The position numbers were made by a program, and so were the translations under genes. The notes under the pieces are model-generated. The model ran no database searches. It was given only the letters and a program-made list of their open reading frames with translations, and was not told where the DNA came from. From an uncultured Actinomycetota bacterium (GTDB lineage Bacteria; Actinomycetota; Actinomycetes; Mycobacteriales; Mycobacteriaceae), in the NCBI GenBank assembly GCA_963794245.1, contig CAWCDD010000005.1:498059-562058 (forward strand): 64,000 nucleotides of DNA. The letters run 5' to 3'. Below are positions 38,112-47,392 of this stretch, piece by piece (positions within the stretch are counted from its first letter, which is position 1; each line of letters starts with the position of its first letter).

Positions 38112-39092
38112 ATGCGCGCCATCGTCGCCGAATCCTCCGATCAACTCCTCTGGCAGGAGGTACCCGACGTTTCAGCCGGGCCCGCCGAGGTGCTGATCAA
38201 GGTCACCGCGGCCGGCGTCAACCGCGCCGACGTGCTGCAGGCCGCCGGCAAGTATCCGCCCCCGCCGGGCGCCAGCGACATCATCGGCATGGAGGTATCC
38301 GGCGTCATTTCAGAAATCGGGGCCGAATTGGGCTCCGGTGTGACGGAATGGGCTGTCGGACAGGAAGTTTGCGCGCTGTTAGCGGGCGGAGGCTACGCCG
38401 AGTACGTCGCGGTACCCGCCGCACAGCTGCTGCCGATTCCCGACGGCGTCGACCTGGAGGACGCTGCGGGGCTGCCCGAGGTGGCCTGCACGGTGTGGTC
38501 GAATCTGGTGCTGACCGCCCATCTCCGCGAGGGCCAGCTGCTGCTGATGCACGGCGGGGCCAGCGGCATCGGAACCCACGCGATTCAGGTCGCCCGCGCG
38601 TTGGGCGCCCGGGTGGCGGTCACCGCCGGGTCCGAAGAAAAGTTGCAGACCTGCCGCGACCTGGGCGCCGAGATCACCATCAACTATCGCGACGAGGATT
38701 TCGTCGCGCGCCTGCAGGAGGCCGGCGGCGCCGACGTGATCTTCGACATCATGGGCGCCTCCTATCTGGACCGCAATCTCGACGCCCTGGCCACCGACGG
38801 ACAGCTGGTCATCATCGGCATGCAGGGCGGTCTCAAGGGCGAGCTCAACATCGGCAAGCTGCTGGCCAAACGCGCCCGGGTCATCGGCACCACGCTGCGC
38901 GGCCGGCCGGTGAGCGGCCCGAACAGTAAGGGCGAGATCGTCGCCGCGGTGACGGCGTCGGTGTGGCCGATGATTGCCGACGGCCGGGTTAGGCCGTTCA
39001 TCGGCGCGCGCATGCCGATTCAGCAAGCGGCAGAAGCCCACCAGCAGCTGGTGTCGGGCGAAGTGCACGGAAAGATCGTGCTGGCCGTCTAA
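38112..39092 (+). CDS. qor: NADPH:quinone oxidoreductase (Rv3777-like)
   Basis: The ORF track start at 38004 lies inside the tRNA. ATG at 38112 (MRAIVAESSDQLLWQEVPD...) gives 326 aa. It contains GGASGIGTHAIQ and a C-terminus ending GKIVL. Confidence 0.85.
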   Translation: MRAIVAESSDQLLWQEVPDVSAGPAEVLIKVTAAGVNRADVLQAAGKYPPPPGASDIIGMEVSGVISEIGAELGSGVTEWAVGQEVCALLAGGGYAEYVAVPAAQLLPIPDGVDLEDAAGLPEVACTVWSNLVLTAHLREGQLLLMHGGASGIGTHAIQVARALGARVAVTAGSEEKLQTCRDLGAEITINYRDEDFVARLQEAGGADVIFDIMGASYLDRNLDALATDGQLVIIGMQGGLKGELNIGKLLAKRARVIGTTLRGRPVSGPNSKGEIVAAVTASVWPMIADGRVRPFIGARMPIQQAAEAHQQLVSGEVHGKIVLAV

Positions 39093-39102
39093 CTGTCGGC
39101 CG

Positions 39103-39160
39103 TCGAGTGTGCGCCCAGGGCGGCCAGTGTGCGAGGTGGGCGCCGTCAGCGCACACTCAA
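39103..39160. repeat. REP-like palindrome with the same core as 34098-34200, between convergent genes
   Basis: GAGTGTGCGC (39105-39114) and AGTGTGCGA (39126-39134) face GCGCACACTC (39149-39158). Confidence 0.65.
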
Positions 39161-39188
39161 GGCGATGGCGGCGGGGCGGGCCGAGCGT

Positions 39189-40385
39189 CTAACCCAACGA
39201 CGCCAGCGCGCGCACCAGCTGATCGACTTCGGCCATCGTCGAGTAATGCGCCAGCCCGACGGTCACCGCGCCGCCAACGTCGTTGGCGCCCAGCGCATCG
39301 AGCACGCGTGAACTCTCGTTGGAGACGGCCAGAATTCCGTTGTCCGCCAAGCGCTGAACGACCCGCTCGGCGGGCACGCCCTGCAACGCGAAGCTGACCA
39401 GCGGTATCCGCACCTCCGGGCGACCGATCAGCATCATCAACGGCAACGACCGCAACGAGACCATCAGGTAGTCGAAGATCCGGTTCAGATACGAGGCAGC
39501 GGATTGCATCGACACCGAGAGCCGCTCGCGCCGGCTGCCGCGCGCCGACTCATCCAATGCCGCAAGGTATTCGATGCTGGCAACCACGCCGGCCAGCAGA
39601 CCGAACTGATGCGCGCCCACCTCAAGCCGGGCCGGGCCGGTGGCATTGGGATCGGCTGAGACCGAGCTGAACGTGTTGATCAGCGCCGGATCGCGGAACA
39701 CCATCGCGCCGATCGGCGGGCCGCCCCACGCGAGAGCGTTCACCGCGACCACGTCGACCTCGGCTTCTTTGATGTCGAGCAGTCGGTAGGGCGCCGCCGC
39801 GGAATGATCGACGATCACCAGCCCGCCGACGTCGTGGATCAGCTTGGTCATTGCCCGCAGATCGGTGACCGTCCCCAACGTTCCCGACGCCGAGGTGACC
39901 GCCACCAGCCGCGTCGACTTCCCGATCAGGCTCTCCCACTGCCATGTCGGTAGCTCACCGGTTTCGATGTCGACCTCGGCCCACTTCACCTTCGCGCCGT
40001 AGCGGTGCGCGGCCCGCAGCCACGGGGCAATGTTCGCCTCGTCGTCCAGGCGGCTGACGATCACCTCGTACCCCAGGCCGGCGCGCGAGGATGACGCCTC
40101 GGCCAACGAGGACAACAGGATCGCGCGATCGGCGCCCAGCACGATGCCCGCCGGGTCGGCGTTGAACAGATCTGCCACGGCCGTCCGGGCCGCGTCCAGC
40201 ACGGCCGCACTGCGCTGCGCCGCCGGGTGCGCACCCACGGTGCTGGCACCGGATCTGCGGAACGCCGTGGAGACGGTGGTCGCGACGGAATCGGGTATCA
40301 GCATGCCGGCCGGCGCATCGAAGTGCGCCCATCCGTCACCCAGGGACGGATGCAGTCCGCGCACCCGGGCGACGTCATAAGCCAT
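39189..40385 (-). CDS. Class V aminotransferase / cysteine desulfurase-like (Rv3778c-like)
   Basis: The maximal ORF runs to 40472. ATG at 40385 gives [32 protein letters not shown].... PLP-fold type I. Confidence 0.8.
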   Translation of the reverse strand: MAYDVARVRGLHPSLGDGWAHFDAPAGMLIPDSVATTVSTAFRRSGASTVGAHPAAQRSAAVLDAARTAVADLFNADPAGIVLGADRAILLSSLAEASSSRAGLGYEVIVSRLDDEANIAPWLRAAHRYGAKVKWAEVDIETGELPTWQWESLIGKSTRLVAVTSASGTLGTVTDLRAMTKLIHDVGGLVIVDHSAAAPYRLLDIKEAEVDVVAVNALAWGGPPIGAMVFRDPALINTFSSVSADPNATGPARLEVGAHQFGLLAGVVASIEYLAALDESARGSRRERLSVSMQSAASYLNRIFDYLMVSLRSLPLMMLIGRPEVRIPLVSFALQGVPAERVVQRLADNGILAVSNESSRVLDALGANDVGGAVTVGLAHYSTMAEVDQLVRALASLG

Positions 40386-40503
40386 GCCAGCCACCTTAGA
40401 GCTTCCGCAATTCCGCGAAATTGTGACGGTAGTGGGTGCCACAGACGTTAGAGCCAGCCGGTGGCTTCCCAAGCCAGGTCACCCGGCCAGCCATACTAGT
40501 CGA

Positions 40504-42474
40504 GTGGGGCTCTGGTTCGGAACGCTGATCGCACTGTTTTTGCTGATCGCCCCGGGGACAATCGTTGCGCGTATCGCCCAGCTAACGTGGCCTATCGCGG
40601 TCGCAGTTGGCCCGGCGCTGACCTACGGTGTCGTCGCGCTGGCGATCATTCCCTACGGTGCGCTCGGAATCCCTTGGAACGGTTGGACTGCGCTCGCCGC
40701 GCTGGCCGTCGTGTGCGTGGTGGTCACGTGTTTGCAGGTGCTACTCGCCCGCTACCGCGACACCGACGCCGAGGCGCGCGGGATCCGCGGCTGGCCCGCG
40801 CTGGCGGTGGCCGCCGGTGTGCTACTGGGCACGCTGCTGATCATGTGGGCGGCCTATCGCGGCATCACGCATTGGCAGTCCGTTCCCAGCACCTGGGACG
40901 CGGTATGGCACGCCAACGAGGTGCGCTTCATGCTCGACACCGGCCAGGCGTCCTCCACCCACATGGGCGAGCTGCGCAACGTCGACACCCACCAGGCGCT
41001 GTACTACCCGTCGGTGTTCCACGCCCTGACCGCGGTGTTCTGCCAGCTCACCGGTGCGGCGCCGACCACCGGCTACACCCTGAGCTCGGTGGCGGCCTCG
41101 GTGTGGCTGTTTCCGACCAGCGCGGCGATCCTGACCTGGCATCTGCTGCGCCCCATGACGACCGCGGGACGCACGGCCGCGATCGCGGCCACCGCCGCGG
41201 CGCTGTCGGCGTCGTTCACCTCGGTGCCCTACGTCGAGTTCGGTGTGGCCGCGATGCCCAACCTGGCGGCCTACGGCGTCGCGATCCCGACGTTCGCCTT
41301 GATCACCTCGACGCTGCGGCATCGCGACCGCATCCCGCTGGCCGTGCTGGCGCTGGTCGGCGTGCTGTCGGTACACCTGACCGGCGGCTTCATCGTCATT
41401 TTGTTCCTGTTGGGCTGGTGGCTGCTCGACGTGCTGTGGCATCCGGTCCGCGGCCGGCTCGCCGACGTCGGAATCCTGGCCGCCACGGCGGTGCCCACCG
41501 GGCTGATCCTGGCGCCCCAGTTCATCGGGGTACTCAAGCAGGCCGACATCATCGCCGGGCACGCCTTCCCCAGCTTCAAGAGCGCCAAGCAGGGCGTTAT
41601 CGATGCGCTACTGCTGCACACCCGCCACCTCAACGACTTCCCCACCCAGTACGGCCTGGTCATGCTGGTCTACCTCGGGATGGCGTACCTGCTGTACAAG
41701 CGCATCTGGTGGCCGGTGGCGATCTGGGTAGTGCTGACCGTGGCGACCATCTACTCGGGGGCACCGTTTCACAACGCGTTCGGCGCCGCGATCGAGGAGT
41801 TCAGCCAGTTCTTCTACAACGATCCGCGCCGGCTGACGTCCGTGGTGGCGATGCTGGTGACGCCGATGGCGGCCGTCGCGTTGTTCGGGGCGGTCGTGCT
41901 CGTGGTCGCGATCGCCAAGCGAATCACCGGCCGGTTCAAGCAGCTGCCTGCACCGGTCTGGGTCACGACCACCGCGGCCCTGCTGGTGCTGACGACCGTG
42001 TTCACCGCGCGGCATTACTTCTATCGACACCTGGTGCTGTTCGGCGACAAATACGACTCGGTGATGATCGACCAGCGCGACCTGATGGCCATGACGTATC
42101 TGTCGAAACTGCCCGGTGCACGCGACACCTTGATCGGCAACGCCAACACCGACGGCACCGCGTGGATGTACGCGGTGGCCGACCTGCACCCGCTATGGAC
42201 CCACTACGACTATCCCCAGCAGACCGGGCCGGGACCGCAGCGCTACGTCTTCTGGGCGTTCGCCAACCACGGCGATTCCGATCCGAGGGTGGTTGAGGCA
42301 ATCAAGGCGCTCAATATCCGGTACATCTACACCAGCTCGCCCACGGTTCGCGGGTTCGCCGTACCCGACGGACTAGTGTCGCTGGATAAATCGAAGTCGT
42401 GGGCGCTGATCTACGACAATGGTGGGGCCAAGATCTACGAATGGCGCGGAAATGCCACACCGCCCCGCCCCTAG
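40504..42474 (+). CDS. GT-C-type polytopic membrane glycosyltransferase (Rv3779-like)
   Basis: The maximal ORF starts at 40384 but would overlap the divergent gene's start. GTG at 40504 (VGLWFGTLIALFLLIAPG...) gives 656 aa. It has at least 12 TM segments plus a C-terminal soluble domain. Confidence 0.75.
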   Translation: MGLWFGTLIALFLLIAPGTIVARIAQLTWPIAVAVGPALTYGVVALAIIPYGALGIPWNGWTALAALAVVCVVVTCLQVLLARYRDTDAEARGIRGWPALAVAAGVLLGTLLIMWAAYRGITHWQSVPSTWDAVWHANEVRFMLDTGQASSTHMGELRNVDTHQALYYPSVFHALTAVFCQLTGAAPTTGYTLSSVAASVWLFPTSAAILTWHLLRPMTTAGRTAAIAATAAALSASFTSVPYVEFGVAAMPNLAAYGVAIPTFALITSTLRHRDRIPLAVLALVGVLSVHLTGGFIVILFLLGWWLLDVLWHPVRGRLADVGILAATAVPTGLILAPQFIGVLKQADIIAGHAFPSFKSAKQGVIDALLLHTRHLNDFPTQYGLVMLVYLGMAYLLYKRIWWPVAIWVVLTVATIYSGAPFHNAFGAAIEEFSQFFYNDPRRLTSVVAMLVTPMAAVALFGAVVLVVAIAKRITGRFKQLPAPVWVTTTAALLVLTTVFTARHYFYRHLVLFGDKYDSVMIDQRDLMAMTYLSKLPGARDTLIGNANTDGTAWMYAVADLHPLWTHYDYPQQTGPGPQRYVFWAFANHGDSDPRVVEAIKALNIRYIYTSSPTVRGFAVPDGLVSLDKSKSWALIYDNGGAKIYEWRGNATPPRP

Positions 42475-42486
42475 ACGTACAAGAGG

Positions 42487-43026
42487 ATGGTGACCGGATT
42501 GACTAACGGCAACGACGACGACGGCGTCGAGATCATCGGTGGCGTCGATCCGCGGATCATGGCGATTCGCGCCGCGGCCGACGACGAGGATTCCGACGAC
42601 CGCTCCCTGACCGATCTGGTCGAGCAGCCCGCCAAGGTGATGCGTATCGGCACCATGATCAAGCAATTGCTCGAAGAGGTGCGTGCGGCACCGCTCGACG
42701 ACGCCAGCCGCAAACGACTCCGTGAGATCCACGCCACCAGCATCCGCGAGCTCGAAGAGGGTCTGGCGCCCGAGCTGCGCGACGAACTCGATCGCCTCAC
42801 CCTGCCGTTCGACGAGAACGCCGAGCCGTCCGACGCGGAGTTGCGCATCGCACAGGCCCAGCTGGTCGGCTGGCTGGAGGGGCTGTTCCATGGCATCCAG
42901 ACCGCGCTGTTCGCCCAGCAGATGGCCGCCCGCGCCCAGCTCGAGCAGATGCGCCAAGGAGCCCTGCCCCCCGGAATCGGGCGATCGGGCCACGTACCCG
43001 GACATGGCACCGGGCAATACCTGTAA
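42487..43026 (+). CDS. bpa: Bacterial proteasome activator Bpa/PafE (Rv3780-like)
   Basis: 179-aa ORF ending in GHGTGQYL, the C-terminal GQYL 20S-docking motif. Confidence 0.85.
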   Translation: MVTGLTNGNDDDGVEIIGGVDPRIMAIRAAADDEDSDDRSLTDLVEQPAKVMRIGTMIKQLLEEVRAAPLDDASRKRLREIHATSIRELEEGLAPELRDELDRLTLPFDENAEPSDAELRIAQAQLVGWLEGLFHGIQTALFAQQMAARAQLEQMRQGALPPGIGRSGHVPGHGTGQYL

Positions 43027-43036
43027 GCAGATAACG

Positions 43037-43882
43037 GTGCCGGAACCTGCTCCTCATATCGAGACCAGCAACGCGTGGGTGGAATTCCCCATCTTCGACG
43101 CCAAGTCGCGCTCGTTGAAGAAGGCCTTCCTGGGCAAGGCGGGCGGCACGATCGGACGCAACAACTCCAACGTGGTCGTCGTCGAAGCGTTGCGCGACAT
43201 CACCATGTCGCTCGAACTGGGCGACCGAGTCGGTCTGGTCGGCCATAACGGAGCCGGGAAATCGACGCTGCTGCGCCTACTTTCGGGCATTTACGAGCCC
43301 ACCCGCGGCTGGGCGAAGGTCACCGGCCGGGTCGCGCCGGTTTTCGATCTCGGCGTCGGGATGGACCCCGAGATCTCCGGGTACGAGAACATCCTCATCC
43401 GCGGCCTGTTCTTGGGGCAGACCCGCAAACAAATGCTGGCCAAGGTGGACGAGATCGCCGAGTTCACCGAGCTCGGGGATTACCTGGCGATGCCGCTGCG
43501 CACCTACTCCACCGGGATGCGGGTCCGGTTGGCGATGGGCGTGGTCACCAGCATCGACCCCGAGATCCTGCTGCTCGACGAGGGCATCGGCGCCGTGGAC
43601 GCCGACTTCCTGAAGAAGGCCCAATCGCGATTGCAGGGGTTGGTGGAGCGGTCCGGGATCCTGGTCTTCGCAAGCCATTCCAACGAATTCCTGGCCCGGC
43701 TGTGCAAGACCGCGATGTGGATCGACCATGGCGTCATCCGCATGTGCGGTGGCATCGAAGACGTGGTGCGCGCCTACGAGGGCGAGGACGCGGCCAGGCA
43801 CGTCCGCGAGGTGCTTGAAGAGACCCGCGTGCAGATCCAGGCCGACAACCCGCTGGCACAAAGCGCTTCCGGGGATGAGTGA
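43037..43882 (+). CDS. rfbE: Polysaccharide (galactan) export ABC transporter ATPase RfbE/Wzt
   Basis: The ORF track gives 42683..43882. In-frame GTG at 43037 (VPEPAPHIETSNAWVEFPIF...) avoids overlap with bpa. Walker A GHNGAGKST, signature YSTGMRVRL, Walker B ILLLDEG. Confidence 0.85.
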   Translation: MPEPAPHIETSNAWVEFPIFDAKSRSLKKAFLGKAGGTIGRNNSNVVVVEALRDITMSLELGDRVGLVGHNGAGKSTLLRLLSGIYEPTRGWAKVTGRVAPVFDLGVGMDPEISGYENILIRGLFLGQTRKQMLAKVDEIAEFTELGDYLAMPLRTYSTGMRVRLAMGVVTSIDPEILLLDEGIGAVDADFLKKAQSRLQGLVERSGILVFASHSNEFLARLCKTAMWIDHGVIRMCGGIEDVVRAYEGEDAARHVREVLEETRVQIQADNPLAQSASGDE

Positions 43883-44789
43883 ATCCATCTTCGCCGTCGT
43901 GGTCACCCACCGGCGCCCAGACGAACTCACCAAGTCGCTGGGCATGCTCAGCGCGCAGACCCGGCTGCCCGATCACCTGATCGTCGTCGACAACGACGGC
44001 GGTGCGGATAGCCGGATCCGCGACCTGGTTGCCGCCCAGCCGATCTCGACCACCTACCTGGCGTCGCGCCGAAACCTCGGCGGCGCAGGCGGTTTCGCGC
44101 TGGGCATGCTGCACGCACTTGCGCAGGGTGCCGATTGGGTGTGGCTGGCCGACGACGACGGTCGCCCGCAAGACTCCCGGGTGCTGGCCACGCTGCTGGC
44201 CTGCGCCGAGAAGTACGCCCTGGCCGAGGTGTCGCCGATGGTGTGCAATATGGACGACCCGGAGCGACTGGCGTTCCCACTGCGGCGGGGCCTGGTATGG
44301 CGCAGGCGCGCAAGCGAATTGCGCACCGAAGCCGGGCAGGACCTACTGCCCGGGATCGCGTCGCTGTTCAACGGCGCGTTGTTCCGGGCGGCCACCCTGG
44401 AGGCCATCGGCGTCCCGGACATGCGACTGTTCATCCGTGGCGACGAGGTGGAATTGCACCGCCGGCTGGCGCGGTCCGGCCTGCCGTTCGGGACCTGCCT
44501 CGATACGATCTACCTGCATCCCTGTGGATCCGACGAGTTCCGGCCGATCCTGGGCGGCCGCATGCACACCCAGTATCCGGACAACCCCACCAAGCGGTTC
44601 TACACCTACCGCAACCGCGGTTATCTGTTGTCGCAGCCTGGTCTGCGCAAACTGCTGGTTCAGGAGTGGGTTCGGTTCGGTTGGTTCTTCCTGATCTCCC
44701 GGCGCGACCCCAAGGGTCTGCTGGACTGGATTCGGTTGCGCCGCTTGGGACGTCGTGAGCAATTCGGCAAGCCTGGAGGATCCACATGA
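43875..44789 (+). CDS. glfT1: Galactofuranosyltransferase GlfT1
   Basis: ATG at 43875 (MSESIFAVVVTHRRPDEL...VVDNDG...) gives 304 aa as in Mtb Rv3782. GT2 fold. Confidence 0.85.
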   Translation: MSESIFAVVVTHRRPDELTKSLGMLSAQTRLPDHLIVVDNDGGADSRIRDLVAAQPISTTYLASRRNLGGAGGFALGMLHALAQGADWVWLADDDGRPQDSRVLATLLACAEKYALAEVSPMVCNMDDPERLAFPLRRGLVWRRRASELRTEAGQDLLPGIASLFNGALFRAATLEAIGVPDMRLFIRGDEVELHRRLARSGLPFGTCLDTIYLHPCGSDEFRPILGGRMHTQYPDNPTKRFYTYRNRGYLLSQPGLRKLLVQEWVRFGWFFLISRRDPKGLLDWIRLRRLGRREQFGKPGGST

Positions 44790-44862
44790 CACGCGTCATC
44801 GACGATGCAGAGCGGAGCGATGTGGGGGTACCTCCCGCTTGCGGGGGAGAGGAGTGGCGCAC

Positions 44863-45693
44863 ATGACATTCGTCGACGCCGCCGCACAGTCGCGGACCTT
44901 TACCCGGGCCCGCGGCGACTTGGTCGACGGATTCCGCCGTCGCGAGCTGTGGCTGCACCTGGGCTGGCAGGACATCAAGCAGCGGTACCGCCGCTCGGTG
45001 CTCGGTCCGTTCTGGATCACCATCGCGACCGGCACCACGGCCGTCGCGATGGGCGGGCTGTATTCGAAGCTGTTCCACCTCGACCTGGCCGTGCACCTGC
45101 CCTATGTCACCCTCGGCCTGATCATCTGGAACCTGATCAACGCCGCCATCCTGGAAGGCGCCGACGTGTTCGTCGCCAACGAGGGGCTGATCAAACAATT
45201 GCCGACGCCGTTGAGCGTGCATGTCTATCGGCTGGTGTGGCGGCAGATCATCCTGTTCGCGCACAACATCGTCATCTATCTCGTCGTCGCGATCATCTTT
45301 CCGAAACCGTGGTCATGGGCCGATCTGTCGGTGATTCCGGCGCTGGGACTGATCGTGCTCAATTGCATCTGGGTGGCACTGTGCTTCGGCATCTTGGCGA
45401 CTCGCTATCGCGACATCGGTCCCCTGCTGTTTTCGATTGTGCAGCTGCTGTTCTTCATGACGCCGATCATCTGGAACGACGACACGTTGCGGCAGCAGGG
45501 CGCCGGGCGCTGGGCGAGCATCGTCGAACTCAACCCGCTGTTGCACTACCTCGACATCTTGCGTGCGCCGCTGCTGGGCGCACATCAGGAGCTGCGGCAC
45601 TGGGAAGTAGTTCTGGTGCTGACCGCCGTCGGCTGGATACTGGCGGCGTTCGCGATGCGCCAATACCGCGCCCGGGTGCCGTACTGGGTCTAG
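44863..45693 (+). CDS. rfbD: Polysaccharide export ABC transporter permease RfbD/Wzm
   Basis: ATG at 44863 (MTFVDAAAQSRTF...WQDIKQRYRRSVLGPFW...) gives 276 aa and 6 TM segments. ABC-2 family. Confidence 0.85.
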   Translation: MTFVDAAAQSRTFTRARGDLVDGFRRRELWLHLGWQDIKQRYRRSVLGPFWITIATGTTAVAMGGLYSKLFHLDLAVHLPYVTLGLIIWNLINAAILEGADVFVANEGLIKQLPTPLSVHVYRLVWRQIILFAHNIVIYLVVAIIFPKPWSWADLSVIPALGLIVLNCIWVALCFGILATRYRDIGPLLFSIVQLLFFMTPIIWNDDTLRQQGAGRWASIVELNPLLHYLDILRAPLLGAHQELRHWEVVLVLTAVGWILAAFAMRQYRARVPYWV

Positions 45694-45843
45694 CGGGTTA
45701 CCTCGGCGCTCCGGCCGGGTCACCGCTGTTCGCCAAGGATCCTTTGAGAATCCGCCAAGACACTCGTCAGACGCTGAGCTGACAGGAAACCTCCTGAACA
45801 ACAGGCGATTTGGCAGGCGCTGGCACACGGCGAAAGGCTTCAT

Positions 45844-46194
45844 ATGCGCAACCTGTGCGACAGTGAACGAATCGCGGTGCCAGCGCCTATCCTTGCGAGC
45901 AAAGATGCCGAAACTCGACGCCGGAACCCGTCGATGGAGGAATATGCGATCGTGAGCGACGTCTCGGTAATCGGTTGCGTTGGGACGTTGATCGTGGCGA
46001 CCCGCGGTGCATACGGCGCCGGCGAGGTGTTGGTGACCGTGCGGGGCTCGAAGGAGACCTTATTGGCATGGTCGGACGAACCGTTACCGAAGGGCAGCAA
46101 GGTGTTGGTGGTTGAGGAGCGGGGCGCGAGGACGGTAGTCGTCGAGCCGTGGAACCAGCCGGGCAGCACCTCACCTGACCTCAACGACGACTGA
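45844..46194 (+). CDS. NfeD-like OB-fold protein lacking TM segments
   Basis: 116-aa maximal ORF (alternative ATG at 45934, MEEYAIV...). VGTLIVATRGAYGAGEVLVTVRGSKETLLAWSDEPLPKGSKVLVVEERGARTVVVEPW resembles the soluble C-terminal domain of NfeD proteins that partner SPFH proteins. Confidence 0.55.
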   Translation: MRNLCDSERIAVPAPILASKDAETRRRNPSMEEYAIVSDVSVIGCVGTLIVATRGAYGAGEVLVTVRGSKETLLAWSDEPLPKGSKVLVVEERGARTVVVEPWNQPGSTSPDLNDD

Positions 46195-46231
46195 CTTTCC
46201 GACAAACAGCGAAACTGCAAGGAGTCCAACG

Positions 46232-47356
46232 ATGCTCGGTTACAAGGTGCCCGCCCCCGACGAGGCAATGCTGATCTCCGGCGGCAGAGCCAAAAGCAAC
46301 GCTCCGTTCCGCGTGGTGACCGGCCACGGCGCCTTCATCCTTCCGATCTTTCGCAAGGCGCGATTCCTGACGCTGGCCATGTGTGAGGCCGAGGTCGCCG
46401 AAAAGTGCGTCACCCAGCAAGGCATCACCTTGAACGTCCGGTCGGTGATCGCCTTCAAGGTCGGCAACGACAACGAGAGCATCATCAGCGCCGCGCAGCG
46501 GTTCCTGTCCGATCAGGACCAGATGGCCGTGCTCACCGGTCGGATCTTCGCCGGTCACCTGCGCTCGATCATCGGCTCGATGACCGTCGAGCAGATCATC
46601 CGCGAACGGCAGAAGCTGGCCACCGAAGTGCTCGACGGCTCCAAGGAAGAGATGGCCCGAATCGGGCTGACCGTCGACGCGCTGCAGATCCAGTCCATCG
46701 ACGACGACGGGCTCGGCTACATCAACGCGATGTCGGCGCCGCACAACGCGGCCATCCAGCAGATGGCGCAGATCGCGCAGGCCCAGGCGAACCAGAAGGC
46801 CGCGGAGGCCGAGCAGGAGTCACAGCGCCAGCAAGCCGAATTCGCCCGTCAGACCGCTGTCGTCAAGGCCCAGTACAAGGCCGAGGTCGACAAGGCGCAG
46901 GCGGAGGCCGCCCAGTCCGGCCCGCTGGCCGAAGCCGAGGCTCAGCGCGAGGTGTTGGCGATGCGAACCGAACTGGCCCAGCGCGCTGCCGAACTGCGCC
47001 AGCAGGAGTTGGTCGCCGAGGTGGTCAAGCCCGCGGAGGCCGAAGCCGAGCGCGTCCGGATCTTGGCTGTCGCGGACGCCGAGAAGATGAAGATCCTGGC
47101 CGAGGCGGCGGCGTCGCACAACCGCGTCGCGCTGGACAAGGCACTCATCGACCAGCTACCTCAAATCGTCGAGAAGGCTGCGATCGGCCTGTCGAACTCC
47201 AATCTCACGGTGCTCAACGGCGCCGAAGGCCTCGGCCAGGTCGCCGCCGGGCTGGTTTCGCAGGGCATGGCCATCTTCGATGCGCTGCGCGGCGAGGTCA
47301 TCGACTACGAGGCCGACGCGACCTTCACCGGAACCACGGACGCGCCGTCACACTAG
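46232..47356 (+). CDS. Flotillin/SPFH (band 7) family protein without an N-terminal membrane hairpin
   Basis: 374-aa ORF with an AAGGAG SD 8 nt upstream of the ATG. It begins directly at the SPFH core (YKVPAPDEAMLISGG...GHLRSIIGSMTVEQIIRERQK), followed by a long Ala/Glu/Gln coiled-coil flotillin repeat. Confidence 0.8.
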   Translation: MLGYKVPAPDEAMLISGGRAKSNAPFRVVTGHGAFILPIFRKARFLTLAMCEAEVAEKCVTQQGITLNVRSVIAFKVGNDNESIISAAQRFLSDQDQMAVLTGRIFAGHLRSIIGSMTVEQIIRERQKLATEVLDGSKEEMARIGLTVDALQIQSIDDDGLGYINAMSAPHNAAIQQMAQIAQAQANQKAAEAEQESQRQQAEFARQTAVVKAQYKAEVDKAQAEAAQSGPLAEAEAQREVLAMRTELAQRAAELRQQELVAEVVKPAEAEAERVRILAVADAEKMKILAEAAASHNRVALDKALIDQLPQIVEKAAIGLSNSNLTVLNGAEGLGQVAAGLVSQGMAIFDALRGEVIDYEADATFTGTTDAPSH

Positions 47357-47392
47357 GCCATCACGAATAGTGCTGTACTGCAACCAATTTCG

